DNA from: Felis catus
Lineage: Eukaryota
Assembly (NCBI RefSeq): GCF_018350175.1
Contig: NC_058368.1
Coordinates: forward strand, 161,884,001-161,948,000
Length of the DNA stretch: 64,000 nucleotides
Reading direction: 5' to 3'
The position numbers and the translations under genes are program-made. Below, in pieces: positions 51,245-64,000 of this stretch. Below the pieces are notes generated by a model. It worked only from the letters and a program-made list of their open reading frames with translations. It searched no databases and was not told where the DNA came from. Each line of letters begins with the position of its first letter. The stretch's first letter is position 1.

Positions 51245-54026
51245 AGTTCTTTTTGTCTTTAATTGAGGTTTAATTACAGAGTAAAATATACGAATTTCAA
51301 GTGTACATTTGAAATTGCATAGTTACATACACAACACCAAATGATAGAACATTTTTATCTGCCTAAAATGTTCCCTTCTATCTAGTTTTAATTTGCATTT
51401 CTGTAATAATGAGGAATATTAAGCACCTTTTAATAATTGCAGAGCAATTTGCATTTACTTTGAATTGTTGATTCATCTCTTTTGTTCCTTTTTTCTCTTG
51501 TGCTATTTTTTTTGCATCTCAAATTATAGGAGATCTTTATTATTTAGGCCTCTTATTGTTTTATTCTCCCCAGTGTTTTATCATTTTTTTTGTTTTTGTT
51601 TAAGGTATTATTTTTTCATGTAGCTTTTCTTTTTATTATGTAGTAAACTTATTTATATTTTCTGTCATGGACTTGGGTTCAGTGTTGTAATAGATTTTTC
51701 CAATCTTGCCTTTTAGATTTTGCATAACGTTCTATTTAAATATTTGATCAATTTGTATTCTAAAGTGTGTTAGTTATTTTATGTATTTACCCCAGGATGT
51801 TAATTTGACATATAGAAGGTACAGATACATTGCATTTGTCATGAAAACTCAATTTTCCACTCCAGAGCAAAAATAGATAACATTACATCCTTGATTTTTA
51901 TAATGAAAATGAATGATAGAAGAACACTTTTTGCCTACAATTAAAATTGACTTTAGAGTAAATCGTAGGGCATTAGAGTTTATGTATGATATAATCTTTT
52001 CAAACAAAGCCACCCACCCCAACATTGATTGAAAACCATAAGTAAGCCTCAGTGAACATTTCTAATGATGTGGAAATATGATTTCAAAAGGATCATATTC
52101 CACGGTTAGAAATAGTACACAATTCTTCCTTTAATGAACCAAATTTTATTTCCCTTCAGTCCTCATTTTTTTATCCTAGTGTTTGTTTTTTTTCCCACAA
52201 TGCTATAAGAATAATACTATCATTTAATTGACTAACAAAAATTTCAGGTCAGTTGGTAAATATCTCATAACATTCTCTTTTCCAAGGTAATCTTTCTCAA
52301 TTAATTCAGTGACTTCTCATAAGGTATTATTTCTAGTCCCTCACATCCTGATTATTCAAACCTTGGACACTCTAGTTTTCCAATGTGCTTTTTTTTTTTT
52401 TTTATGTTGATATATCTAGGCCTAATTAAGTGTAGCAATTACTTTTATTGTACTTCAATTAATTAACATTACCTAAAAGTTTATTTACATTTCTCATACT
52501 GTGGCCTTTTTGTTGTAGCTAATTTACTGTCTTTTCTCTATAGATTATAACTTATTCAGAACTTCTACATTATCCTTTTTAAAAATCAAATAATTTTTGA
52601 TTATCTGGCAAACTCATTTAAACAATTGCTTGGTCTATGTGTACTAGAGTATGGTCCTCTATGGCCCTCACTCCAATCTCAGGGCTTTAACTCTTTTTTT
52701 TTGTAAAAATGTTAGCAGCTTTAATAAATAAATGCATTCCTTCTCTTGAATCAGAATGTGATTTCAATCAAATGCTTATTTTAATATCTACCTTTGGAAT
52801 AGTACAGAATGATTCAAATTTTCCATCTTATTATCCATTAAATATTTAAAATTAGCTTTGCAGATAAAATTTGCTTTCAAGCATTAAAGTTAGATAAAAT
52901 ATTAGGCTAAAACCTACCAAGATAAAGATCTTATATTTTCTACTTCTCTCAGAAAATCCATGCTTGTCATGGTATTATATTTAGATTCCATACTATCTTA
53001 CTTTATATTCATATGTTTATACTTATTTATATTTGATCAAATAAGTTTAAATGCCTTCAAAATGACTGATTAGAAGTTAAGGTAGTAATTTCACATTTAT
53101 GACATTTTGCTTAAGATAGTTGGAAATAGCTATTGTTATTTTCTATCTACAGTCTTCTAAATATTAGCCTATTTCTGTTCATTTTTCTCTTTAATTTCCC
53201 CAATGCATCAATACCCTAAAAATACAGTGATCACTGGTATAGTGGGCATAGTTTTTCTGTGACTCATAGCTACAAAGAATGCATTTTATAGATATTAAAG
53301 ATCAATAATGCCTCTATAAATATAAGCTACAGATGAATGGCATGTCATTATAAACTTGTGTTCAAGAAATAACCATGCATGAATAATTTCATGTTAGTTA
53401 GTCAACCTTAATTAAAATGAGTTCTCTATCTAGCTAATTTGTGTCTTGTTTGTTAAGTGAATGGCAGGCAGCATCCTTAGCTGTAATTTGGATGACTAAT
53501 TAATTGATATCACTCTCTTCTATGATTGAGGTTTGAATTATCCAGTAACTGGTATCTATCATATGAATAAAGAATCTTAATTTCATAAAGGGGCTTAGGA
53601 AAGGTGTAATATCATATTAGTTGGTAGGAGGGTTAGATGAATTATGACAGTTTTAGAAAATTAAAGGAATATAGAGTCTCCATATGAGATAATTAAGAAA
53701 AAAGAACTGAAAAAATGTTTAAAAAACATAAATTCCTTGCCTACAGTGATAGGAACCAACCTTACGGTCTAGCAAAATGTTTGATTCTTCTGGAACAAAA
53801 ATGCAATGGTTGATTAGTTCCTCTAAGAATATGTAGTAGTCTAGACAATCATTTTCATTATATCAGTCACCACTTCTGATTCTTGAAATTTAGGAACATC
53901 TCAGAAGAACCATGGTTAAAGATTACACGAAAAATATGTGTAGAAATGGAAATTAAAACATCCTATTCAGTGCAACATAGCCATTCAATCCCGACTATTG
54001 AGAGAGTATGGCATGTAAATGAACCG

Positions 54027-54377
54027 CTATCATCTAAATGTTTATGTCATCCCAAAAATTCATATGTTGAAATCCTAACCACAAAAGATAATGGTATTAG
54101 GAGGTGGGACTTTTAGGAGATGCTTGTTATAGGGTGGGGCCTTTGTAAATGGGATTAGTGTTCTTATAAAAAGATTCCCTGGCCTTTTCTACCAAGTGAG
54201 AACAGTGAGAAGCCATCTACTATGAACCAGGAAGAGGGTTCTCACCTGAACATAACCATCTTGGTGCCATGATCTTGAACTTCCCAGCATCCAGAATTAT
54301 GAAAAATAAATTTCTGTTACTTGTAAGCCAATCAGTCTGTGGTATTTTGTTATGTCAGCCTCAAACAGACTGAAGAA
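54027..54377 (+). mobile_element. MLT1A-like MaLR LTR
   Basis: aaattcatatgttgaaatcctaacc...aataaatttctgtt...gtattttgttat. Confidence 0.85.
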
Positions 54378-54513
54378 ACACCCTTTGCAATTCCAAACAA
54401 GATTTTTTTTCAGTTTCATAGCAGAATAAAAAATAGACACTAGAAAATGTGGAAAATTAATATCTTTTAGACATTTAATATTATTTAAAAAACAAAAGTT
54501 TGGAGGAATCGGC

Positions 54514-54524
54514 AAGATGGCGGC
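54514..54524 (+). promoter_or_regulatory. YY1 motif at the L1 5' end within a CpG-rich 180-bp promoter remnant
   Basis: AAGATGGCGGC; YY1 sites at L1 5' ends are established. Confidence 0.6.
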
Positions 54525-54683
54525 TTAGGAGGACGCTGGGCTCACCGCGCGTCCTGCTGATCACTTAAATTCCACCTACACCTGCCTAAATAACCCAGAA
54601 AACCGCCAGAGGATTAGCAGAACGGAGTCGCCAGAGCCAAACGCAGACGAGAGGCCCACGGAAGAGGGTAGGAAGGGCGGCGA

Positions 54684-57600
54684 GCCCCCAAATATATAAA
54701 ACAATTACTCATAAACATAAGCAACCTTATTGATAAGAATGTGGTAATTGCAGGGGACTTTAACACCCCACTTACAGAAATGGACAGATCATCTAAACAC
54801 ACGGTCAATAAAGAAACAAGGGCCCTGAATGAGACATTGGATCAGATGGACTTGACAGATATATTTAGAACGCTGCATCCCACAGCAACAGAATATACTT
54901 TCTTCTCGAGTGCACATGGAACATTCTCCAAGATAGATCATATACTGGGTCACAAAACAGCCCTTCATAAGTTTACAAGAATTGAAATTATACCATGCAT
55001 ACTTTCAGACCACAATGCTATGAAGCTTGAAATCAACCACAGGAAAAAGTCTGGAAAACCTCCAAAGGCATGGAGGTTAAAGAACACCCTCCTAACGAAT
55101 GAGTGGGTCAACCAGGCAATTAGAGAAGAAATTAAAAAATATATGGAAACAAACGAAAATGAAAATACAACAATCCAAATGCTTTGGGACGCAGCGAAGG
55201 CAGTCCTGAGAGGAAAATACATTGCAATCCAGGCCTATCTCAAGAAACAAGAAAAATCCCAAATACAAAATCTAACAGCACACCTAAAGGAACTAGAAGC
55301 AGAACAGCACAGGCAGCCTAAACCCAGCAGAAGAAGAGAAATAATAAAGATCAGAGCAGAAATAAACAATATAGAATCTAAAAAAACTGTAGAGCAGATC
55401 AACGAAACCAAGAGTTGGTTTTTTGAAAAAATAAACAAAATTGACAAACCTCTAGCCAGGCTTCTCAAAAAGAAAGGGGAGATGACCCAAATAGATAAAA
55501 TCATGAATGAAAATGGAATTATTACAACCAATCCCTCAGAGATACAAACAATTATCAGGGAATACTATGAAAAATTATATGCCAACAAATTGGACAACCT
55601 GGAAGAAATGGACAAATTCCTGAACACCCACACTCTTCCAAAACTCAATCAAGAGGAAATAGAAAGCTTGAACAGACCCATAACCAGTGAAGAAATTGAA
55701 TCGGTTATCAAAAATCTCCCAACAAATAAGAGTCCAGGACCAGATGGCTTCCCAGGGGAGTTCTACCAGACGTTTAAAGCAGAGATAATACCTATCCTTC
55801 TCAAGCTATTCCAAGAAATAGAAAGGGAAGGAAAACTTCCAGACTCATTCTATGAAGCCAGTATTACTCTGATTCCTAAACCAGACAGAGACCCAGTAAA
55901 AAAAGAGAACTACAGGCCAATATCCCTGATGAATATGGATGCAAAAATTCTCAATAAGATACTAGCAAATCGAATTCAACGGCATATAAAAAGAATTATT
56001 CACCATGATCAAGTGGGATTCATTCCTGGGATGCAGGGCTGGTTCAACATTCGCAAATCAATCAACGTGATACATCACATTAACACAAAAAAAGAGAAGA
56101 ACCATTAGATCCTGTCAATCGATGCAGAAAAGGCCTTTGACAAAATCCAGCACCCTTTCTTAATAAAAACCCTTGAGAAAGTCGGGATAGAAGGAACATA
56201 CTTAAAGATCATAAAAGCCATTTATGAAAAGCCCACAGCTAATATCATCCTCAACGGGGAAAAAGTGAGAGCTTTTTCCCTGAGATCAGGAACACGACAA
56301 AGATGACCACTCTCACCGCTGCTGTTTGACATAGTGCTGGAAGTTCTAGCATCAGCAATCAGACAACAAAAGGAAATCAAAGGCATCAAAATTGGCAAAG
56401 ATGAAGTCAAGCTTTCGCTTTTTGCAGATGACATGATATTATACATGGAAAATCCGATAGACTCCACCAAAAGTCTGCTAGAACTGATACAGGAATTCAG
56501 CAAGTTGCAGGATACAAAATCAATGTACAGAAATCAGTTGCATTCTTATACACTAACAATGAAGCAACAGAAAGACAAATAAAGAAACTGATCCCATTCA
56601 CAATTGCACCAAGAAGCATAAAATACCTAGGAATAAATCTAACCAAAGATGTAAAGGATCTGTATGCTGAAAACTATAGAAAGCTTATGAAGGAAATTGA
56701 AGAAGATTTAAAGAAATGGAAAGACATTCCCTGCTCATGGATTGGAAAAATAAATATTGTCAAAATGTCAATACTACCCAAAGCTATCTACACATTCAAT
56801 GCAATCCCAATCAAAATTGCACCAACATTCTTCTCGAAACTAGAACAAGCAATCCTAAAATTCATATGGAACCACAAAAGGCCCCGAATAGCCAAAGGAA
56901 TTTTGAAGGAGAAGACGAAAGCAGGAGGCATCACAATCCCAGACTTTAGCCTCTACTACAAAGCTGTCATCATCAAGACAGCATGGTATTGGCACAAAAA
57001 CAGACACATAGACCAATGGAACAGAATAGAAACCCCAGAACTAGACCCACAAACGTATGGCCAACAAATCTTTGACAAAGCAGGAAAGAACGTCCAATGG
57101 AAAAAAGACAGCCTCTTTAACAAATGGTGCTGGGAGAACTGGACAGCAACATGCAGAAGGTTGAAACTAGACCACTTTCTCACACCATTCACAAAAATAA
57201 ACTCAAAATGGATAAAGGACCTAAATGTGAGACAGGAAACCATCAAAACCCTAGAGGAGAAAGCAGGAAAAGACCTCTCTGACCTCAGCCGTAGCAATCT
57301 CTTACTCGACACATCCCCAAAGGCAAGGGAATTAAAAGCAAAAGTGAATTCCTGGGACCTTATGAAGATAAAAAGCTTCTGCACAGCAAAGGAAACAACC
57401 AACAAAACTAAAAGGCAACCAACGGAATGGGAAAAGATATTCGCAAATGACATATCGGACAAAGGGCTAGTATCCAAAATCTATAAAGAGCTCACCAAAC
57501 TCCACACCCGAAAAACAAATAACCCAGTGAAGAAATGGGCAGAAAACGTGAATAGACACTTCTCTAAAGAAGACATCTGGATGGCCAACAGGCACATGAA

Positions 57601-58150
57601 AAGATGTTCAGCGTCGCTCCTTATCAGGGAAATACAAATCAAAACCACACTCAGGTATCACCTCACGCCAGTCAGAGTGGCCAAAATGAACAAATCAGGA
57701 GACTCTAGATGCTGGAGAGGATGTGGAGAAATGGGAACCCTCTTGCACTCTTGGTGGGAATGCAAATTGGTGCGGCCGCTCTGGAAAGCAGTGTGGAGGT
57801 TCCTCAGAAAATTAAAAATAGACCTACCCTATGACCCAGCAATAGCACTGCTAGGAATTTATCCAAGGGATACAGAAGTACTGATGCATAGGGCCACTTG
57901 TACCCCAATGTTCATAGCAGCACTCTCAACAATAGCCAAATTATGGAAAGAGCCTAAATGTCCATCAACTGATGAATGGATAAAGAAATTGTGGTTTATA
58001 TACACAATGGAATATTATGTGGCAATGAGAAAAAATGAAATATGGCCTTTTGTAGCAATGTGGATGGAACTGGCGAGTGTGATGCTAAGTGAAATAAGCC
58101 ATACAGAGAAAGACAGATACCATATGGTTTCACTCTTATGTGGATCCTGA
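54684..58150 (+). pseudogene. L1 ORF2 (partial endonuclease, RT, C-terminal domain), disrupted
   Basis: GDFNTPL, SDHN, FADD (56421-56432); stops at 56106-56108 and 56304-56306; 1-bp frameshift near 56502. Confidence 0.95.
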
Positions 58151-59425
58151 GAAACTTAACAGGAACCCATGGGGGAGGGGAAGGAAAAAAAAAAAGAGGT
58201 TAGAGTGGGAGAAAGCCAAAGCATAAGAGACTGTTAAAAACTGAGAACAAACTGAGGGTTGATGGGGGGTGCGAGGGAGGAGAGGGTGGGTGATGGGTAT
58301 TGAGGAGGGCACCTTTTGGGATGAGCACTGGGTGTTGTATGGAAACCAATTTGTCAATAAATTTCATATATAAAAAAAAAAGTTTAACTTTTTTCTCAGT
58401 TGGCAAGAATGTGTCTGTGTTTATGTGTTTGCATAAAGTATATGATAATATGTACCCTGAAATCACAGTAGAACTTCTGTGTCAAATTGACTAGTACACA
58501 TTCTCCAAAGTTCACGTGCTGGGTAAATATTGTAGATATAATTATCAAAACCCCAAAATGATAGATGACCTTTTGCCTTTTGTGGTCAGAAAAGTGGGCT
58601 TCTTTAAGTAGCTCTGACATCTTGGATAAATCATTTAATCTAAATTGGGCCAGAGTTTCACACAATAAAATGAAGATAGTTCAGTAATTTCTGCTGTTTC
58701 TTACAATTCTAAAATTCTACATTTTAGGATATATCTTTTGTGTGATGGTAACTATTTTAATTTAATCCATAAAGAATGGAAAGTCACTGTTGTTTTTAAA
58801 TGCCTCATTTTGATTATATTTTTAGATCACAAAGATAAGTGCTTTTGAAATTTACCACCAATGTTTCCTCAAATATTTTACCATAATGAATCAAAGATTT
58901 TATTAACTGGTGTAATTGAGACACTTGAGTTTTCTCAAATTCTTTAGACAAAGCAAATGTATTAAATTTGAATCTTTTCCTTTACTCCAAACACTTTCTT
59001 AATCCATTCAATCTCATGCTTACCTAATGTCTAATACATACTAGAAAAATTAAAAAAAAAACACACTTTTTGTTAAAACAGACTCAAGTAATTTTCAAAA
59101 AAATAACAAAAGCAAAATCTAATTTCTATAAATTTGGTACAGAACACATCCTCATTAAATTATCTTTTGTTAGTTTTTCTTGGCTAGAAAATACTAAATT
59201 TTAACAAGAGAAGAAATATTCCTTTCCTTTAATTAAGTCAAGTTTAAAAACTTGACTTAAAAACTAATAACAAGTTTAGCTATCTTGTTCCTGAACAGTA
59301 CAGAAATTACATGTATGTTATACCATCTGTATAATATGTAGTCAGAATATTCTTCACCTTCCAAATTATAGCTTTTATTGAAAGCTACTTCTTGTACTGC
59401 AGATGGCTAAAGTTTTTAAAACAGA

Positions 59426-59655
59426 TTTTATTTAAAAAACATTTTTTTTCTTAACGTTTTATTTATTTTTCAGACAGGGAGAGACAGAGCATGAACAGGG
59501 GAGGGTCAGAGAGAGAGGGAGGCACGGAATCTGAAACACGCTCCAGGCTCTGCGCTGTCAGCGCAGAGCCCGATGCGGGGCTCGAACTCACGGACCGCGA
59601 GATCATGACCTGAGCGAAGTCGGCCGCTCAACCGACTGAGCCACCCAGGCGCCCC
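59426..59655 (-). mobile_element. Young CpG-rich Can-SINE
   Basis: Near-consensus body ending ccacccaggcgcccc; no TSD found. Confidence 0.95.
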
Positions 59656-60254
59656 TAATGAATCCTTTTATATCTGCCTCCTGATATTTGTGATCTACGG
59701 ATGAGTTATTTCACGTTTTTTTTTTAATTCCGTTTTCTCACACGTAAAATAAAAGTAAATTCTTTTTACCAAAGTGAATATTAAAATGTATAACAAAGAA
59801 TAGATAAGAAACATTAAAAATGTAAGATATTTATAGTCTCCATCATTTTCATGATCATTATTACCCTAATAATTTTTGTTGAAGTTAATTACCCTTATTT
59901 AAATCCTGGGCTCTTTCTAATCAATTAGAGAGTATGTTCAAAAGCTGAAATGAATTTGAAGAACTGCCATTTTTTTTTCTATGCTATTCTTTTGCTGAAT
60001 AAAATTGATATTATGGCTGTTGGTCCTAACAATTTGGAAAATATTATTTATCATTCAACATATCAATCAATTTGTGTACACTGTGATTCTTATTTTTATT
60101 AGCAAGTTAGCAAATTCATATTACTGTAAAATATGAAATAATGAAAATATAAAAAATATATTAAATATCTGAACTCTGGTCCTGTATCTTATGATTGTCA
60201 GAGAAAAGAAGACCATTTTAGTATATAATTTTTTTTAAAAAAGCATTTAAATGA

Positions 60255-60453
60255 GGGCTCCTGGGTGGCTCAGTCAGTTAAGTGTCTGACTCTTGATTTT
60301 GGTTCAGGTCATCATCTCATAGTTAATGAGTTTGAATCTTGCGTTGGGCTTCACGCTAATGTTATGGAACCTGCCTGGGATTCTCTCTCTCCCTCCCTCT
60401 GCCCTTCCCCTGCTCATGCTCTCTCAAAATAAATAAATACAACATTTTTTTTA
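60255..60453 (+). mobile_element. Can-SINE
   Basis: 16-bp TSD aaaagcatttaa(a/g)tga at 60239 and 60454. Confidence 0.92.
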
Positions 60454-60789
60454 AAAAGCATTTAAGTGAAACCATATACAATACACTATATTTACACTTT
60501 GCTCTCTTTATTTTTAACAAATATCTTGTTGATGTGTTCAAGTATTATTCTGTTTCCCCTTCCTTTACTCTCATTGATATTGTTTGCAACGTCTGCTTTA
60601 GCATATTAGAGTAGACTTGACAGTTGTTTATTTCTTATCTGTCAATGTTGTAAAGAAAGTAAAAGTGACGAGCTTTCCTTTGCTTGTTAAATATTTTTTG
60701 CAGACACTTTTATCTATCTTAACACTATCCATCTCTACTTCATTCTTGAAAATAGAATCTTGATTTAGTTTAGTGCGGCAAAATGCAAA

Positions 60790-61140
60790 GCAGTCATGGT
60801 AATCACACCCTGATTTCTCACTTTCCCCATTAAAGTGTGGATTTGAGGCATGATTTTACCCAATAAGAACAAATAAAAGCAGTGGTAGTCATCATAATCT
60901 TTTACTTTTCTTAGAAAAAATATAAAACACACTAGCACCCTTCTCTGCATGTATTTCTTCCTCTGGATCTGACTGCTTCTGTAGTGACTGGAGCTGCAGC
61001 AGACATCTTGCATCTGGGGGGAAGGCCAAGTTAGTCACAGACACATTGGCCCTGAAAATACTAACAACCTCCTGCTGAGTGTATGAGAAAAATATATTGT
61101 GTTCTTTATTTTACTGTGTTCTTAATAATGTGAACAATGA
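60790..61140 (+). mobile_element. Old MLT1-like LTR fragment
   Basis: gtgactggagctgcagcagacatcttgcatc...gaaggccaag. Confidence 0.5.
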
Positions 61141-61142
61141 AG

Positions 61143-61680
61143 TGTTCTATTTGTTAGGAGTAAATTCCACTGTAAGAAACAGAAAAACTTAATTGATGGT
61201 GGCTTAAACAAACAAGTATTATTTATTCTCACAGGATCAAAAACTCCTTGGAGTAAGGAATTGAGGCTTTTTATCCAGCTTTTCAAAAATGCTACGAGGG
61301 ACCCAGTATTTTACTGTTCTTCCACATAGCCAACCTGCCATATCCCTTAGAGGGATAACCTTCTCATACTGGATACCTCGCAGTGCAAAACTGGTGCTCT
61401 AGTTTCGAACATCATGTCTATTTTTAAAGCAGCAAGAACGGAGGCAGGTATTGACACCAGTTGTCACCTGGCCTTTAATAAAAAAAGAAAGAATTCCACA
61501 TGCAACTTTTTCATACTTCTTACTGGGTTGAAGTTGGTTAGATAGACAATTGTAACCCAAAGGAAGTCTGGAAAAGTAGTTATTTAGTTGGGCATTTTGC
61601 ACGGATAAATATAATCAAGAGTTTGTACAGGAAAATGGGAGAGGAGGAGTTAATATTGAGCACCAAACTAACAGTTTAAC
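61143..61680 (-). mobile_element. Old MLT1J/K-like LTR
   Basis: gtaagaaacagaaaa...gtggcttaaacaaa; aaggaagtctggaaaagtagtt. Confidence 0.55.
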
Positions 61681-61947
61681 AGAAGTATTTTTGTCCCTTT
61701 GATTGCATCCTCTATCCAAATATTTACTATAGACCTGATTTTATGTCATTTAATTGTCAACTCCTATTTCCTACCACACAATCCTCTTTAAGTATTTCTC
61801 AACTTTTCTCTCCTAGGCCAACCAGAAGTGTAAGCTTAAAGGTTTTAATTTAATTTTTGTTATTTTCTGTCTCATTTCATGTCTTACTGTAACAACCTCT
61901 ACTTTAAACCCTTTACCTCCATTTCCAAACTCCAATCCCACTTTTCC

Positions 61948-62145
61948 TTTTTTTTTAATGTTTTATTTATTTTTGAGACAGACAGAGAGAGAGAGAGAAA
62001 AAATGCAAGTGGGGGAAGGACAGAGAGCGAGGAGGACAGAGGATTCTAAGCGGGCTCTGCCAGTGAGCCCTCTGTGGGGCTCACAAAGCACAAGATCATG
62101 ACCTGAGCCAAAGTCTGACAACAAAGTGAGCCACCTAAGTGCCCC
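61948..62145 (-). mobile_element. Can-SINE
   Basis: SINE body ending gagccacctaagtgcccc. Confidence 0.85.
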
Positions 62146-62464
62146 TCCTTTTTAAAAATAATACCTCAAGGGAACTGACTTTTTGCAATATCTATACTAA
62201 AATTTTCTTGTTTTCCCCAAATAAAAAAAATACTATAGTGCCTTTGAATAAACTTCATAGAAAACTATGAAGTCTAGTAGAGGAAAATATAAAAGTTAGA
62301 TGTGGGCTTTAAAAAACAAAAATCCTAACAAGAAATTATAAATTTTATCATATTGAAATGTTGGGGTTAAGCACAAAATATTATTTCAGAATACATAAAT
62401 ACAAAAGGAATAGAAAATAATTACTTTTACCATTTCTACAAAAATACTTCATTTTCTTAGGTAC

Positions 62465-62945
62465 AGAATAACAGAGTCTAAATAAGAAAACAGAAACAAC
62501 TTCAAGTGTTTAAAACGGAGAAAAGTGAACATAGAGAATTGGCTGCGTGAGTGGTGGAAGACCCGAGTGCCGTATAGAGAGCAGGGAATTGACCCATAAA
62601 ATAGTACCAGAAGGAAGCCATTAGCTAGCTGGAATGGAGGGATAGAGAGTCTCAGGAGTTAAATTGATAGATGGAAGGCAGAACCAATGAAGGCCTGTCC
62701 AGAGAAGGGAAGCACAGAACAGGATGGAGCTGTACCAGAGATGCTGCCCTAGACAGCCATCTCCAATAAAATACCCACCTTCCTCTCTTTTCCTTTCCCT
62801 TCCCAGCCTTCTGCAATGTTCCCCATTAGCCAAAACCACTCAGAAGCACATGGCACCAGAGCCTGGGAAACAGCCTGAAGGGGTCTGCACCCCTGAAAAA
62901 CAGAATGGAGGGTGAAGAAGAAGAAAGATCTGTGGGATAACAACT
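62465..62945. mobile_element. Old ERV/MaLR-like LTR, family uncertain
   Basis: agaaaacagaaacaact...agagaattggc; cttctgcaatgttccccattagcca. Confidence 0.45.
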
Positions 62946-64000
62946 TGAGTCTCAGCTGGAATATCTCAGTCATTTCCTGCCAGGTTCTGAAATTAAAATT
63001 TTGGAGTTAAGGGGGCATGGTGGAGGCAGGGAAGAACACAACAAACAAACTGAAATAATACATGGAGATATCAAAAATATATTTAGATTTTAGAAAAAAT
63101 TCATATTTAAACTCTCAAAGTTTAACAAATAGTTTTCAATGAGATGTTTAATAGCATTTTCATTATCTGACTCTTCAAAACACCTGGCAACACCAAAAAC
63201 ATATTTTCAAAAATACATTTTATTTTTTTTGTATTCAGGGGACTCTGAAATGAATGAATTAGCAATATTTTATTTCCTTTAACTCAAATCTTTTATTCAA
63301 TAAAGAAAGAAAGTTAATACAAGCCCATACTAATTTATATAGTCAATTAGTCAATGATGTTAAATCATTATATTTACATACTAAGCATTTAAAAAATATC
63401 TGTTTGTAGGGAATATACTGGATATTGGAGTATACTCCAAGATACTGGAGGCTACTCAAGAGTCAAAATAATATTTCTTTTACTGATGAATGAGTAAACA
63501 TCAGCCTATTTTTCACCCTTAGGTTGTACAATATCATTAAGCTACTGTACCTTGGAATTATCCATGTTTTTCAAACCCTATTAACAGAAATTAATTCAGT
63601 GAAGTAAAGTGGCATTTTCTCCCAAAGTCCATTATATGTGAACATAGCTCATGATAGTGATCAATTTCACAACTTATTCATCCAAACGTCTTGCATTAAC
63701 ATGGTTTGAATTTATACTAAAAACAATAATATATTGCTGAAAAATATACTAACATTAGCATATTTATAAACCAAAATCTTAAGAAGATAATGTAGTGTCT
63801 CAAGATTATCATACTTAGGAGAGAAGTCACAAAAGATACTTAACTTGTAATTCAAAATGGTAATAATATAGTAAATCATGAAAATGTTTTAATCTCTTAT
63901 TGTGTAGGTCAATGAAATTGTGATTAGTATGAGTTTGGAGGCAAAACATCTTATATATCCTGAGTTACTTTTGTCTTTATAATGAGAGGTAGAGATCCCA

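Larger units (their letters stand above)
54502..58381 (+). mobile_element. Young L1_Fc-like LINE-1 with intact termini, lacking most of the 5'UTR, all of ORF1 and the ORF2 N-terminus
   Basis: 5' end ggaggaatcggcaagatggcggc; junction at 54681-54684; TSD ending aaaagttt (54494-54501 and 58378-58385); tt|aaaa site just upstream. Confidence 0.97.

Noticed and set aside
54614..54808. Antisense ORF over the L1 5' region (ORF0-like?)
   Set aside because: Starts in ORF2 antisense and exists only because of the deletion junction; no similarity to primate ORF0 is apparent.
54741..58150. 455-aa and 487-aa ORFs as functional genes or an active reverse transcriptase system
   Set aside because: Pieces of ordinary L1 ORF2 broken by two stops and a frameshift, with the endonuclease N-terminus missing.
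58264..58310. G-rich tract with G-quadruplex potential
   Set aside because: Standard feature of L1 3'UTRs.

Overview
AT-rich, gene-poor mammalian DNA. The tRNA-derived Can-SINEs of SINEC_Fc type and the L1_Fc-like LINE indicate a feliform carnivore, most likely a cat. I recognise no host protein-coding gene, and none of the supplied ORFs gives a recognisable host protein: the long ones are L1 ORF1/ORF2 remnants or readings across SINEs, LTRs and microsatellites. The window is intergenic or deep intronic and made of layered transposons: about 22 Can-SINEs, a young 3.9-kb internally deleted L1 (54502-58381), a 7.5-kb older L1 with nested insertions (32440-39985), a 1.4-kb truncated L1 with a perfect 16-bp target-site duplication (TSD), several solo LTRs, an ERV-L pol fossil (46600-48130) and MER hAT elements. 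The most notable items are: (1) a tailless 5' half of tRNA-Gly(TCC), ending in the anticodon loop, between 14-bp TSDs (43830-43892); (2) the young L1, whose intact 5' end is fused directly into the ORF2 endonuclease region; (3) a near-identical head-to-head SINE pair nested in an older SINE; (4) a cluster of fold-back palindromes; (5) one weak candidate 58-nt exon. I found no evidence of a genuinely new biological system. Repeat family names come from recalled consensus sequences and should be confirmed with RepeatMasker/Dfam, and the boundaries of old elements are approximate.
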